Source: the human T2T-CHM13v2.0 reference genome, Homo sapiens. From it: a stretch of DNA of 64,000 bases. The notes beneath the pieces are model-generated. The model was not told the origin of the DNA. It saw only the letters and a list, made by a program, of their open reading frames with translations, and searched no databases. The position numbers were made by a program, and so were the translations under genes. Below are positions 28,098 to 42,039 of the stretch, piece after piece (the first letter of the stretch is position 1; every line of letters starts with the position of its first letter). The stretch lies in assembly GCF_009914755.1 (NCBI RefSeq), contig NC_060942.1. One strand, 5' to 3'.

Positions 28098-28620
28098 CAG
28101 AAGACACTGAAGCCACATCTATAACATATGCAAGGAAAGAAAGCATAAGAATGAATTTTATGTCTAAGTTGTCCTTCAAATATACAGGTTACGGACAGTT
28201 TTAAACATGCACAAACTCAAGAAATATGGTTCCCATTAGTGCTTCTGGAGGATATCTCTAGAGGGGAAGCCCTGCAGCAAGAAGGCTGATGCCGAACACT
28301 GAGTATGTATAAGTCTAAAACACAAAGAAGACAAAGGGGACAGAACAGTTCAAGAACATGAGTTCCGACAATGGAGAACACTGGAGAAAAAAGGGAGGCA
28401 TGAGGTCAAAGACAGAATATGCTCCTTGACTGCTTGATATATAAGAACTATGAGTCAAAGAATATCATACAAAGCCAACAAATCAAATAACAGAAGTACA
28501 CAGAAATTTAATAGTATAAAGACAAACATCCGTTAAGGCAATATTATTGAGTAAAATCTGGTGTGAAGGGGAGGAGAAGAAAACATCATTTTTCTCACTA
28601 ATATAAAAAAACTGGCATAC
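28098..28620 (+). mobile_element. HAL1-like element, 3' continuation
   Basis: cagaagacactgaagccacatctataa...aagttgtccttcaaatatacagg...aaacatgcacaaactcaagaaatatggttcccat is collinear with the part ending at 22924. Confidence 0.6.
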
Positions 28621-28679
28621 AAATTTAGTAACGTACATAAGCATGAAGGAATTGCAGGCAAATGACTACCCCATAACCC

Positions 28680-30092
28680 AATGAGGGCCAGATGTTTTAT
28701 AGGCTCAAATTATCAAACCTTCAGAAAGGAGAGTAAGGAAAATTCTCTTCACTCCTACAACTGATCTAGCAGATATTAAAGCATGTTAAGAAACTTCAAT
28801 AGTTAAATAATGTGGCACAAGTACATAGACAGACCAACAGAGCAGAATAGGAAGTTCACAAATAGACCAAGTATTTATGGAAATTTAGTACATGCTAAGG
28901 AGGCATCTCAAGTTAGTAAGGAAATGATGTAAACAGTGTTGAATCAGGGTATCTTTCTGAACAAAAAACAAATAAAATTAAGTTGGGTTCATAGCTGACA
29001 TGATATTACAGGATAAATTCCAAATGGCTAAAAGATTTCAGGTAAACAATACAACCCATAAAAAAAGTTGAAGAAAATATAGCAGAATTCTATCATAGCA
29101 TGGAAAAGATCTCTCTATGTTATTAAATCCAAGAGTAAATAAAAAAATGGTAAACAAGGGCAACTGAAGCCTAAATCAGCCAACCAACTAAATAAACAAA
29201 CATAATGCTCACAAAAAAGTAAAGTCAAAAGCCAGACAACAAAATGGGGTTTTAAAAAAAACCATTTGCGACTCATATCACGGAGAAAAATCTAGTGTCC
29301 TAAAGCATAAAGATAAAGAGCTCTTAGAAACTGCTAAGAAAAAAACTAACGTGGCAACAGAAAGATTGCCCAATCAAACACAAATGACCCTTAAACATAT
29401 GAAAAAAAATGCTCATAATACAAAAACTTACTTATAATTAAAAAAAAACTCACGATAAGAAAATGCAAATTAAATTTATACCAAGATAAAATTTTTCAAT
29501 TTACCTTGTTGGAAAAAAATTCAAATGTTTGATAACATGTTTTATTGGTACTCAGAAAAAAGCATTCTCAATAATTACAGGAAAGAATGTAAATCAATAT
29601 ATTATGTATGTTGGGTGATTGGTTATTAAAGTAACAAATGTATATTCTGTTTCATTCTGCCATTCCACTTTTGGGAATTTATCCTGTAGGCCTACTAGCA
29701 CATGTGCAAAATAACACATGTACATGGTTATTCACCATAGCATTGTTTGTAATAACAGAAGACTGGAAATACCCAAACGTCCACAGTGGAGGAGTGGTAA
29801 TATAATGATATATCCATCCAGTGGAACACTACCATGGAGCTATAAAACTACCCTCTAGGCACTAAGAAGAGGCTCCCTTTTTTATGAGTGGGTTGAAATT
29901 CACAGGATATACTGTTATGTGAAAAAAATTCCAGGGAGCACAGTACATACAGCATGCTACTTATTGTGTTAAAAAACGGTGAGGATAAGAAAATCTTCTA
30001 AGTTTGCTTGCTTATGCCTAAAGAAACTCAAGGATACATGAGACTTTTGTACCATGTGAACTGGCTACCTATTCAAAAATCAAATTAAAAAG
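28680..30092 (+). mobile_element. L1ME-type ORF2 3' region and 3'UTR, highly degenerate
   Basis: ttccacttttgggaatttatcct...ttcaccatagcattgtttgtaataacagaagactggaaa...ttgtaccatgtgaa...tacctattcaaaaa. Confidence 0.7.
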
Positions 30093-30483
30093 GCAAAAGA
30101 AAATGCTAAGATAGTTGTGTTTTATGTTTTGCTTTACCAGAGGATCTGTAAGATGTGGTTTCTTTTGTTATCTCATTGCTTGATCTGGAGAAATCATAAG
30201 GAAATATGACCTTTCTTTGATCCCAATGGTAAGTGGCCACGGGGATCTATCCTTGCAGAGTGAGAATGGGAGACCTCCTCCCAAGCACACTGAGCCCTCC
30301 TCCACACTCCGCTCTGTAACTACAGACCCCACTCTTCCTCTGCAGGAAGGCTGTGACCTCGGCCTTGGCTTGGTTTTTGCTGTTCTAGAGGCACGTGACA
30401 GCTCAAGGAAGGTCGATCTGTATCTGACAAGAGATGTCTGTGGGCTCCTCAACAATATGAGATGTTACAACTTTCTATCCAGG

Positions 30484-30806
30484 TGTCTTAATTTGGGCTA
30501 CAACAAAATACTATAGATTGGTGGCTTCAACACCACCTGAGGAAGCCCTGTGAGGAGAGGCTGTGATGATGGGAGGGAAGTTCTTGCATCCTCACGTGGC
30601 CTTTCCTAGGTGTGTGTGTGGAAGGAGAAAGAGCTCTTATGTTTCTTCCTTTTCTTACCAGGGCATAATCGTGTCTGGGGGCTTCACCCTCATGGCCACA
30701 TCTGAACCTAAATGCCTCCTGAAGGCCCCACTTCCTACTACCCTCATTGGGGATTAGGGCTTCAACACATGAATTTGGGAAAACAGAAACATTCAGTCCA
30801 GAGTAT
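30484..30806 (-). mobile_element. MLT1A-like MaLR LTR
   Basis: gggctacaacaaaatactatagattggtggctt...gcttcaccctcatggccacatctgaacctaa...gggcttcaacacatgaatttggg...aacattcagtcca. Confidence 0.8.
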
Positions 30807-31577
30807 CACGGGTTTGGATTTTGTATAAATTCCTAAACTGCGTACTGTTTATTACAATGTGGCTCTTTTCTTTTGCCAATGCCTTTATACAACCTGATGT
30901 TTGCTAAGTCTAGGAATGAGGCAACAGTCTGTGTGTTGTCTGACGGATTGACATAAACCATTTCAGACAAATGGAGAGCCTCTCCTACTTCAATAGACCT
31001 CCTTTAGGAACCCATTTCAGGGTTTAACACTCTCAGCGGGATGGGAATTACTTATTGTCCAGCTATAAATACCAGTGATTCTTGTTCGGCACAAGTGGCT
31101 CAGAGGTGTGGTGAGGAACCACACAGACCTCGGGAGGGGTGAGCTATAAGGCGGGTTCAGACCTCAGACAGAATGACCTTGGCTAGGGGTGGCAAGAAAG
31201 GTGAGCATCTGGCAGGCAAAGATTCTTAGTTACAGAAAGGCAGATGGGCAGGCAGGACAAGAGGTCTATGGCAACCTAAACGTAAGGGCCAGAGAGTGAG
31301 TCCAGGAGTTGGGGCCTCAGGCTGACAGTACAGGTAGGTGTTAGTAGCACCATGTGCCTTGGAGGAGCAATGACCAGTCAGGATGAGGCCAGTCTCTGGT
31401 CCTCAGGCAGCAGAGGACAGACTGGGTGAAGACCTGAGGGTCTGGGTCCAGGCTGCCCAGGAGCCTTGAATTTCCCTGTTTCCACCAGGAACTCAAGGCT
31501 CTCTAACTCGACACATTACAATGCTTATGCTTCCAAAGTCCATGGAGAAGTCAAGGTCCTAAAGGCCAGTTTTAGTA

Positions 31578-31887
31578 CCACTGCCCCTTGGTATTCATGG
31601 GGAAATTGGTTCCAGGACCCCTTTGGATACCATTGACAGGATGCTTGAGTCCCTTATATAAAATGGTGTGTATCTGCACACAACCTATGCACACCCTCCC
31701 GTATACCTGTAATCATCTCTAGATTACTAATAATACCTAACATAATGCAAATATTGTACTGTATAGTTTTTTACTTGTGTTATTTTTATTGTTGTATATT
31801 ACTTTTATTTATTTACTTGTTTTGAATGTTTTCAGTCAGCAGTTGGTTGAATCTGTGGTTGCAGGTAAGGACACAAACGGCTTCCTG
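31578..31887 (+). mobile_element. MER2/MER2B TcMar-Tigger element
   Basis: ttggttccaggacccc...gagtcccttatataaaatgg...atcatctctagattact; TA on both flanks. Confidence 0.85.
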
Positions 31888-34533
31888 TAAATGTGTGTGA
31901 GAATTCTTAGCACAACTTCCATCTTTGATATTTAAATCAATCTAATTTGGTTCTATTCTATTCAGCCTTAAATGAGACTACAAACAAAGCTGCCCATTAT
32001 CTCTTATGAGTCAGCTATGGACTTAAGAATCATATTTCATTAGTTCCTTAGTCATCTTATCTAGACTTTAAGAAACATACTTTAACCCTCCATCACCAGT
32101 CTTTTTTTGGCTCTTTAAAATCGATGTTTGCCTTCTGTATCCTTGTCGTGTTTTCCATGATGCTTTTAAATTCTAGTTTTGACTGGATGTTCAACAAGGT
32201 GCGAAGTGTTTTTTTTTTAAGGTGGTAAACTGAAAGTAATACATTTCTGATTAAGAAGCCTCTATTCTCTCTTTCTTGATAAGACAGGCATTAAAATATA
32301 AAAGCCAGAACATGAAATAAGAAATGCTAATGAAAATCTCACCAAGTTGGAGTTTAGAGTTTAAAATGTTGCTAATCTAATAAGAAACCCAGGATGAATG
32401 TGAAGGATCAGGCAGCTCAGAGAGGATCTGTGCTGTGCCTTCAAAATGTCCTCCAAATTTCACATGAAAAATGGTTTGTGATTCCTTTTAATCAGTGATG
32501 ACTCAACTTATTAAAAAAAATGAAGCCTCAACAAGTACAACTGGAAAGGAGCCTCCCCACCACCTGCATAAATGATCGCTGTAGTCAGCGCCACTTGCAT
32601 GTGCGGTATTAATACTGCACATTTCTCCTGTATGACAGATCTGGTTTCAATCTGTGTTTCTTCAATTTTTATCAGTGTTGGCCTAGATTTCCAAAGCTGA
32701 GCTAAAATGGAAATATCCTCCCCGCAACCCGCTTTAACCCATCTGTCTCCTTTTATTTACATAATATAACATCTTTTTCCTTGAAGAAGTCTAATTTATT
32801 TATTTATTTTTTTAAAAAAAGCAAAATGGAAGTAAAATAAATAGAAAGTCTTTCCTCACAAAATAAAACATAGGATCTTCCCTGTGGGTTTATACCTAAC
32901 CAGCCCTCACTACGACAGCAAATTTAATAAAATATCAGTATGAGGCAAGGCTAAACATCAAGAAGAACATTTCTTTAATATGCCCATGACTTTAGAATCA
33001 CCCTTCACTTGTCAAATGATTCAGTGACACCTTCCAAAATACAGAATGCAAGAATATTTCTGATAATCTGCTAATGTTGGTCTCCTTATTCCAAAGTGGG
33101 GAAGTCAACCTGGATAATGACTTTGCTAAGTGCCGGCATGGGAAGGGTTTATAATTATGCAGACTCTGTTGTTGTTACTGCTGTCAACAGAATAATTTAT
33201 CAACTTATGGTGTCTCATCAAGGGACCAAAAGCACATCACCAGTAAGAAATGATTTCTAAAGAAGACTTAATTACCACTCTATGTGTTTTTAATGCTGGC
33301 TGAAAATACACAAGAAGACAAGCTAAAGTGACATGTGACAAGTTCTCATTTAGTCTGTCAGCCATGATAGCATATTCAGAAAGATAAACAATAAAAAAAA
33401 AGGATCAAGAGATAAAGGTAGATCCTCCCATGACCTCAAAATAATTATAGTATTTGCTGGTGAGGCCAAAGTTTCTGTACACAGATACCTGACATAGACA
33501 GCTCTATGGAATTCAAGGGAAAATTAGGGGAGGGGACAGGTGACAAGCTCAGTCTGTGGTATTAATCGAGTAGTATTCTGACTGAGCCCCATCTGAATTT
33601 TTATTTACCCATTCTAATATTTCCTGGAAACTAAGGCTTTTTACTTCTCTCTCAGTCTACTCAAAATGAACTACTCCCCACCCCAAGGTGTTGCCAGCAT
33701 TTATTTACCCTTGTGAAGGCAGCGACATATCATACCCTTCGGTGCCTCTCCACTCCTTCTCCATCCTCAACAAGCAAGTAGTCACTAGCAATTAATCAGA
33801 CCAGCTCAAAGGAAACACGGTGGCTTTTAGGCATACAACAGACCCATTAGACATGGAGGACAGAGGCCTGTTTCCCCTATGTTCATGGTTTCTTGTAATA
33901 ACACAAATATATAGTAAAAAGTGACAGGAGTTTTGGCTGAAGTTGAATTGTTAAAGGGATATTTTTAAGTAAAGGAAAAGTCATCACTGTTTATTGAAAC
34001 AATGGCCTGGGCTGCTTTTCCGATTCCCATTAGTAGTAAACTTTGCTTCTGGACAGAAACCTTTTCTTTTGTTCTTTGGCTTGAAGCACATTAAATTCAA
34101 GTTTTCCTTAAAAATAAAATCTGAAATAACTCCTTAAACCTGCGGGCTGCTGGACTACGAAGATGGGAGGAGAGACATTTCAGGAGTCAGCTCAGGTACC
34201 TGTGCTGTAAAGCCTGGCACAGCTAACATCTAGAAACTGGACACAGATTAGAGGAAAAGCAGAAAACACGGAGTGAAGATCACAAAACAATCAAGATGAA
34301 GAATGGAGGAAAGGTTATCCTAAGAGCTGTCAGGGAGGGCCACAGCAAATGCACTGAGGGATGTATAGTTATGTTTGCCAACTGATGAAATAAATATCAA
34401 CGAGGAGAAAAATCTCTTAGGAAACAAGCAAATCGACAAAAAGGAGATAAAGAAGAACTGCAGGTTTCAAATCTCTGGTGTAGATAATTTTAAAAGCATA
34501 CACAAACATCAGATTTTAATGTCAGTTTTGTCA

Positions 34534-34878
<345 letters not shown>

Positions 34879-36427
34879 CTCTGTAAGAATCCATGGGAAC
34901 ACGTGCAGTTTCTTGTGGGTCTGTGCACTTTTATAAACATGCTGTGCCTTTACTCTCTGTGCAAGCTTGTCTCTCGTTCCATCTCTAATTTGCTTCTGGC
35001 ACCTCTCCTCTCTTCTCCTTTCTGCTTCTCCCATTTTTCTTCTCCAAGGGGCAGCCAGAGGTCCCCATCGCAGCACAGTTCCTCAGGTCTTGGCTTTGTT
35101 TTCCTCGCCTGATGGAGCAGTGTGACCAAGTGGTTCCCTCAAACACAGGCTCACTCTTTTAAGGGGAAACAAATAATCAAACCTTCCAGTCACTCACTGC
35201 AGGGTCCCTGTAGGTCCAATTCTGATGCCAGAAGGAATGTCTCAGTGTGGACTGACTTGCAATGAGGACCTAGAGGCAGGCACTGGCAGGTGAACCCCAG
35301 CCCCGCTGGCAATGGGAGGCAGCTTTTTAAAGTTAGAACATCATAGTGAAGGGAAGACTCACCCGCTCCTTCTCCGTGCCAGCTCTCTCTCCTTCCAGCT
35401 TCCTGCATTGTCTTGCTCTTCCCCTCACTTGTCAGCTACAATTGGCTGGAACACAGTCTTTGGCTGACTCAGAACGCAATGTGTAAAAAACTTTCAGTTA
35501 AATACTTCCTTCACTTTTCTATGATGATGAGGAGCTGTGCTCTTCTTCTCATCCTTCCACTTCCAAGACACTCATAGATTCCTGCTCACCGTCTCTCCCC
35601 ATCTTCTCACTCTGCTCATACCCTTGGCAGCCCTAGCCCCACCCTTGCCCAGTGAACGCCTAAGTTCCTTAGCGCGTCCTCGGCCCTCTGTGACTGGTCC
35701 AACGTCCCTGCCATCTGCTCTTGAAGTACTGCATATGCCTGCCTTTCAGGGGTCTTGCAATTCGAATTTTGCATGATTTGCCATGTTTTTGATTAGTCTG
35801 GCTTTCCTACTGTACATATGAGGCAGACATAGCTTCCAGTTTTGTCTATGATGATCCTCAAATCTGGCACATATTAGGCAACCAGAAATATTTGCTGAAT
35901 GAGTGAGTGATAAAAGGGATTGATCTGATATTTGTTCTATTCTTGTGATATGCTTTCTCAACTATTTTCTCCTTCTCTTGGTACCAGGTCTTTCCTGGTA
36001 GAGAGAAGAAAGTCACTCCGTTTTCTCATAGCCACTCTGAGGGCAGGCAGCCTGGGAAGTGGTCTGTGGAGGCTTGTGGCTGGCAATGAGAAGACTTCTC
36101 TTCTAATTCAAGGTCAAGAGCCCAGTATGACCTTTGGCCAGAGACTTCATTACTCTGGGCCTCGATTTTCTCTTTGGTAAATGAAAATCAATTCTTTCTG
36201 CTTCTTCTGCCTCCTATGGGGCTGTTGTTGGGACAAAACTGAGTTTTAAAGGTGCTGTATAAAGATAATGGTTACACAAACATAATGCATCCTTAAAGTA
36301 AAATACTTTGTGGCACTTCTCTACCGTCTCTTAAAATTTCACCTACCACTGATGAATTCTCTATAATGTGGGCCTTCTTCTTTGAAGAAGCCTGATTTTC
36401 ACAGAAGCTACCTTTTCAGTAAACAGA

Positions 36428-37490
36428 TCATCCATCCATCCATCCTGTAGGCAAATTGTTACTGAGCACACAATTATGCAAGCAACTACAATACAGAATG
36501 GTAAGGTCCTGGAGAGGAGAAGTAGAGGCTGCTCAGGCAGAAAAGCAAAGCGTGCCCCATCCAGACCATGAGGTTAGAGATGGCTGCAGGGTAAGTGAAG
36601 TCTGCACTGGCATCCAAATCTCGATTAGCAGGGGATGGCAAAGTGAGGGGCGTGTGTGCATGTGATCAGAAGCCAGAGGTGAGAGGAGCCTGGAGGACTA
36701 GAATAACAGAACAGAGAGTCCACATGGCTGGAGCTCAGAGTGGGGCAGGAAGCAGAGGAGATGGTGAATAGGGGAAGAGGAGCTAGAAGGGAATAGAGGA
36801 CAAAGGGTTTTGTTAAGAAAACTTGACCTTACCCCAAGAATATTGGGGAAACTTTGGCGAGCTTCAAGCAGAAACATTACTTGATTACATCTGACTTTCA
36901 AAAATGTCACTTTGGTGGGCAGTGTGAAGAAAGGATTAGTTACACAGGGCAATGGTGGAAACAGGAAGAGCGGGAGGACTGGCCCTTGTAGAAATCAAGT
37001 GAGAAATCCTGGTGGCTTAGATTCAGGCAGTCACAGTAGGAGTGGACTGAAGTGGGGTGGATATAAGGGGATGCCTTTACCGACCCAGAGATCAGGGAGG
37101 AAGGGGAGGTTTGCGGGGAGGAAAGATGATGAGGGAAGTGCTTGGGTTCATACAAATGGAGTATTTAGCAAGCAGCTGAATTTGTGAGTTAGGAGCTCAG
37201 GATAGAGATGAGGGCTGAAGACACAGGTAGATTTCAAAGTATTCTGCACAAACACTGCTAACTGAGGCCATGGAGTAGATGATGTGCCCCAGGGGGACTG
37301 TGTAGAGAAGACATAAGGTCTGGAGAAAGGAAAGGGTGCCTAGTAATCAAATTTTGAGTTACGGAGTCCAAGAAGAAGAAGGGGCGGTTATGTGGGAGGG
37401 AAGCCAGAAGGACATGGTGTTTGAGAAGATTGCAGAAGGTGGGAGTGGATGGCAAGCCATGGTCAACACTCAGTGCCACCCAGAGATAAG
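36428..37490 (-). mobile_element. L2
   Basis: Antisense L2 3' end (catccatcc...ttactgagcac) followed by ~1 kb of purine-rich L2 body. Confidence 0.7.
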
Positions 37491-37753
37491 ACCTAAACCC
37501 AGAGACTCTTCTCATCACAATACCAAAAATGTGGAACTTGGAGTTTTAGGTCCCAGGAGCCTTTGGGGGATCTAGAACAACACTTCCTTTATGTTACATC
37601 CTCTAGGAATCTTTGTTGACTTCTCCAGCCAGAAGTGACTACCATCTCCAAATATTTGTTGAGCCAGTACTCTTTGCACCGAGCACTGGGAATTGTAAAA
37701 GAAATAAACTATGGTGCTTGAGGGGAGAAAGCACTTACAAAAAAATTAATCAT

Positions 37754-38201
<448 letters not shown>

Positions 38202-39055
38202 TCACTGCTTGGAAGGTGTGGAAGTGGGGTTGGCATGGTTTATCTGGAGGGCAAGGAACAGACCATGTGTTTAGAGAGGAGGACTCTTCCGGGGGAGCAG
38301 CAGGCGCACGGATGGAGCCTTTGGAAGGGGTCAGATGGAGGTGGACTTTGAGAGACGGCTGGAATTTCGAACTACATGCTGCAGATACTGGGACGCCAAC
38401 TACAATGGTCACTCCTTAGGCACCATTTGGCTCTGATCTGTGTAATCTTACCTGTGTGATTATGGCTTTAATTTCTCTGAAAGCAATCTGCAGGTAAGGG
38501 GCATGTGTTTTTATCCTTTGATTGTTCCACAGGGACTAGCTCAGTATCTCTAACTCAAATATTCTTCATAGGAATGAAACTGCAAAGACACCTTTGTGGC
38601 CCATGAAGGCCAGGAATGGAAGCACAAAGCTCAGTCTCTGTGCAAAGAGACACACCGAGTAGTGTACATTGTACCCAATATGTAGCTTTTTATCCTTTAT
38701 CCCCTTCCTGCTCCCGTTCTGAGTCTCCAAAGTCTATTATACCACTCTGCATGCTTGGCAAACAGGTGATTTAACTAATAGCATGATTTGCTAAGTCTAC
38801 AAAACCTATGATAAACAAATAGGAGAACATGGGAGCCCCTGACTTCGTTTTAGGAGGATTGGGAAGTTTTCCTGGTGAGGATGATAGCTGAACGGAGACC
38901 TGAAGGGTGAAGAGCCAAGTGGTGGGCAGAGGGCAGGGGTGCAGCAGGCAGAGAAAAGACGCTGTGGAGAGAGAGCCTGTGGGGAAGGGGCATGGAGAAG
39001 CAGCCAGGCCAGGGGTACCACCGCCTCCTGACCATCCGCCTCTCAGGGCAGAGCT

Positions 39056-39107
39056 GAGCAGAGGGGGTGGTAAATGGCCCAGAGCAGAGGGGGTGGTAAA
39101 TGGCCCA
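39056..39107. repeat. Perfect 26-bp tandem duplication
   Basis: gagcagagggggtggtaaatggccca x2. Confidence 0.95.
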
Positions 39108-39771
39108 CCTGAGCTGAGGGATGAAGCCCACCATCTCCCTGGAGCCCGTGGTCATGAGGTGAACACAACACCCTTCACGGGATGCTGGTCCTGCCCATTA
39201 CAGAAATCTGGCAAAAAGAAAGAAGAAAATGGCCACAAGCATTCAGCATCTCCAGCAGAGATTGTTTTCTTCTTGGAAAATGATTTCAAAAGCTGATGTT
39301 GAAAGAAACATGCAAAATGGATTTAAATGCAGTTGAAATGAGAGTGGACAGTCTGGGCCTGCTGCTGATTGGAGACACTTCTCAAGCAGTGACAGCGTGA
39401 GAGATGCTGGCGCCACAGCCGCCCCAAATCTAGAAGAAAACAGTCTCCTCTTGACACTGACGCTGAGTCACAGAGCAGCAGCTGTGGAATTTTATTTACT
39501 TTTTCTAGAATTTTACACTGTAATTTTAAATTATAAATACATATTATGTCACAAAACACTACTGTCTATTTGACATACATTTTCTGAATTGTGCCAGACA
39601 CTGAATTAAGGGCAGGAACACAAAATTGAGGATAGCATGGCCCCTGCCCTTGACGACTGCCCGTTAAATGAGGAGGCAGACTCTTGGGTAACAGCCCATA
39701 ATATCATGCAGAGAGTGCACACCAGTGGGATGAGTGAAGCGCTCTGATCAGAGGAAAGAGCAATTAATTCT

Positions 39772-39914
39772 TTTATTTTTTTTTAAACTTTTCATTTAGC
39801 CCTGCCTAAGCAAGGCCTTAAAAAGTTTGGTTATGAACTCACAACTGTCCCTCTCCATGGGAATCTTTAGTAAAAGGTGAAAGATGTAGTCGTTCTGACA
39901 AGAAACCAGAGCTT
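39772..39914 (-). pseudogene. U5 snRNA processed pseudogene inserted in an L2
   Basis: The minus strand reads aagCTCTGGTTTCTtgTCAGAaCGacTAcATCTTTCaCCTTTTACTAAAGATTcCCaTGGAGAGG...AGGCCTTGCTTaGGCAgGGCTA, i.e. full-length U5 (39914-39797). It is followed by 12 extra nt and a poly(A), with a perfect 15-bp TSD agagcaattaattct (39757-71 / 39916-30). Loop I G>A and the Sm site are mutated. Confidence 0.92.
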
Positions 39915-41629
39915 GAGAGCAATTAATTCTGAGAGCTGGATTTGGGGAAGGTTGTGCAGAGAAAAGCGGAAAGCAGTCGTTTTCAGACCAGAGCCATGAT
40001 TGTCTTGGAGTTGACTGGACAGCTTACAAAAAAATGTCCTGTGCACATCCTATCCCAGCCCCAGTGAAGCAGAACCTCTAGGGCAGGGAGAGCTGGAAAC
40101 AGAACTCTTTCAGATGCTCCAGGGTTTTTCTTATGCATAGTAAGGTATAAGAGCCACTATTTCAAGAAATGTTTGGGATTTCAGTAGAGAGGAAGAGGAG
40201 GCTCACGGTAGAGGTGACACCATGAAGATGGAGATGTGCAAGTGATTGATCGGGCAGAGTCCTGAGTGCAGCAGGAGAGGAAGCTGGAAAGTCGAACCGA
40301 GGCTGCCCACCCCAAGGACAGTGACTCCCAACCATACCTGTTTATCCAAATCACCCCTAAAAGTGAAAAATATACCAACACTTGGCTCCGTTTCCAGAAC
40401 TGGTCTCAGGTGGGGCTTGAGCATGTGCACGTGAGCAAAGGCTGCACGGGTGATTCTGATGAACAGCAGGGCTGAGCCCCCACTGCAAAGGCTAGAACCA
40501 TGGGAAATTCTGAAGTAAAGGATGACACCAACCCCTTTTCCTACCCACGGAAAGCCTGGTAGATTCTAGAATGGCCATTACCACTGACCATGTACTAAAG
40601 ACTTAGTGGCATCAGCTACATCCAGAAGTGAAAGACGTTCCGTGTGCTGTGGGCATACTGTGTGATTCCTTAAATGTTCTAAAACAGGGAAAGACCTACC
40701 ATTTCCGCTCTACTCTGAATTCTGAGGGCCAGTTGGAATTTGTTCTTCTTGTAAACAAATGACTTCTGAATATCTAAACAGTAGCATGAATTATTAGACA
40801 ACTGGATAATTTTTAGGAACTGTCAAACCAATGACATGTCTGTGCTCTGAAAGAGTTAAGGTCTGGAAGCAATCAGAGCAAAGATTCTGATTAGCACAGG
40901 AAGAGACAGCAGCAAGGATTCCAGCAAAGATGCCTGAGGCTACGCAAGTTAATTAATGACTTAACAACATCTCAGGGACCCCAAACTAACTGAAATCAAC
41001 TTGTTGGCATCCTGAAAGTGAGGTGAAAGTGGTTGATAGAAATGTCATAATATTATCTCTTAGGATTAATCATCAACATCAAAAAGATAGGCTTATAGTG
41101 CATTAGTCTTCCCCCAAGGAAACAAAGGGAGATGCATGGATATTACCTACAGCTTTTAATCAGAATTATATTCATTGCAAATGTCTTCAAATGCATTTCT
41201 GCTGCTTCACGGACAGTCACAGATTTTATACCATTAAAGTATACCTCCCTAAGTATACTAGGCTGATGAGGCGAGAGCTTATTATGTGATATTATGTAGA
41301 ATCAATATCTGGATGAATAAAGATGACCCAGAGCTAGTAAGTTACTCTAAGCATGAAGGCAATAGTGCAAATAATTCCCTAGGTTGTGGTAAAATAAGAC
41401 TTTTTGTGTAAGGACTGTCCCCTTGGTTCTCAATAGTTCATTAGAGTTTAATGGAGGCAAATGATAAATTATACATTAGACTGTAGTTTAGAAACCCCCT
41501 CATGTTGACCCAGCTGAAGTTGTAATTTTAGTCACATTCAAGAAATGTATTCTTTTTTCTTCGTTCGTCTTCAGGTGCATTAATTAGTTCAAGAAGCATT
41601 GTGTAAATGAAATTCAATCAAATGATAAA

Positions 41630-41840
41630 ATAGCTACTATCTACTGAGCATCTACTAGGTGCCAGGTTTCATATATGTCACTTAAATTAGTCTATTTAAT
41701 CCTCCCTACAGTTTTGTAAAGTGAGGTATTATCTCCACTTTTGTAGAGAATGAAATTACAATTCAGAGAAGTCAGGTTAATTCACCCAAGATGAAAAGCT
41801 AATTAGTAGCAGAGCTAAGTCCAAAGATGGATCTTATATT
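41630..41840 (-). mobile_element. MIR
   Basis: tactgagcatctactaggtgccagg...tttaatcctccctaca...gtgaggtattatctccacttttgtagagaatgaaatt. Confidence 0.75.
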
Positions 41841-42039
41841 GGCTCCTCACACTTTTAAAGATCAACTCATGTCTTCCAGACAAAGTTAGCCACTCCCTTT
41901 TCTGTGCAAATTTAGATCATGTGTGTTTCTATTACAGTACTTGTGATGTGATAATTATTCATGTTTCTTTCTTTAAAAGTTTGTGTCCTTGAAAACAGGA
42001 GGCATGTCCTCTTGTCCATCTCTGCGTTCCCAGGGTGCA

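Noticed and set aside
33700-33800. Minus-strand ATG frame MEKEWRGTEGYDMSLPSQG ending at a gtaaat donor
   Set aside because: Weak donor, no recognised protein, and no compatible downstream coding exon found.
39797-39914. Functional U5 snRNA gene
   Set aside because: It has TSDs and a poly(A) tail, mutated loop I and Sm site, and L2 sequence upstream instead of a PSE/DSE promoter.
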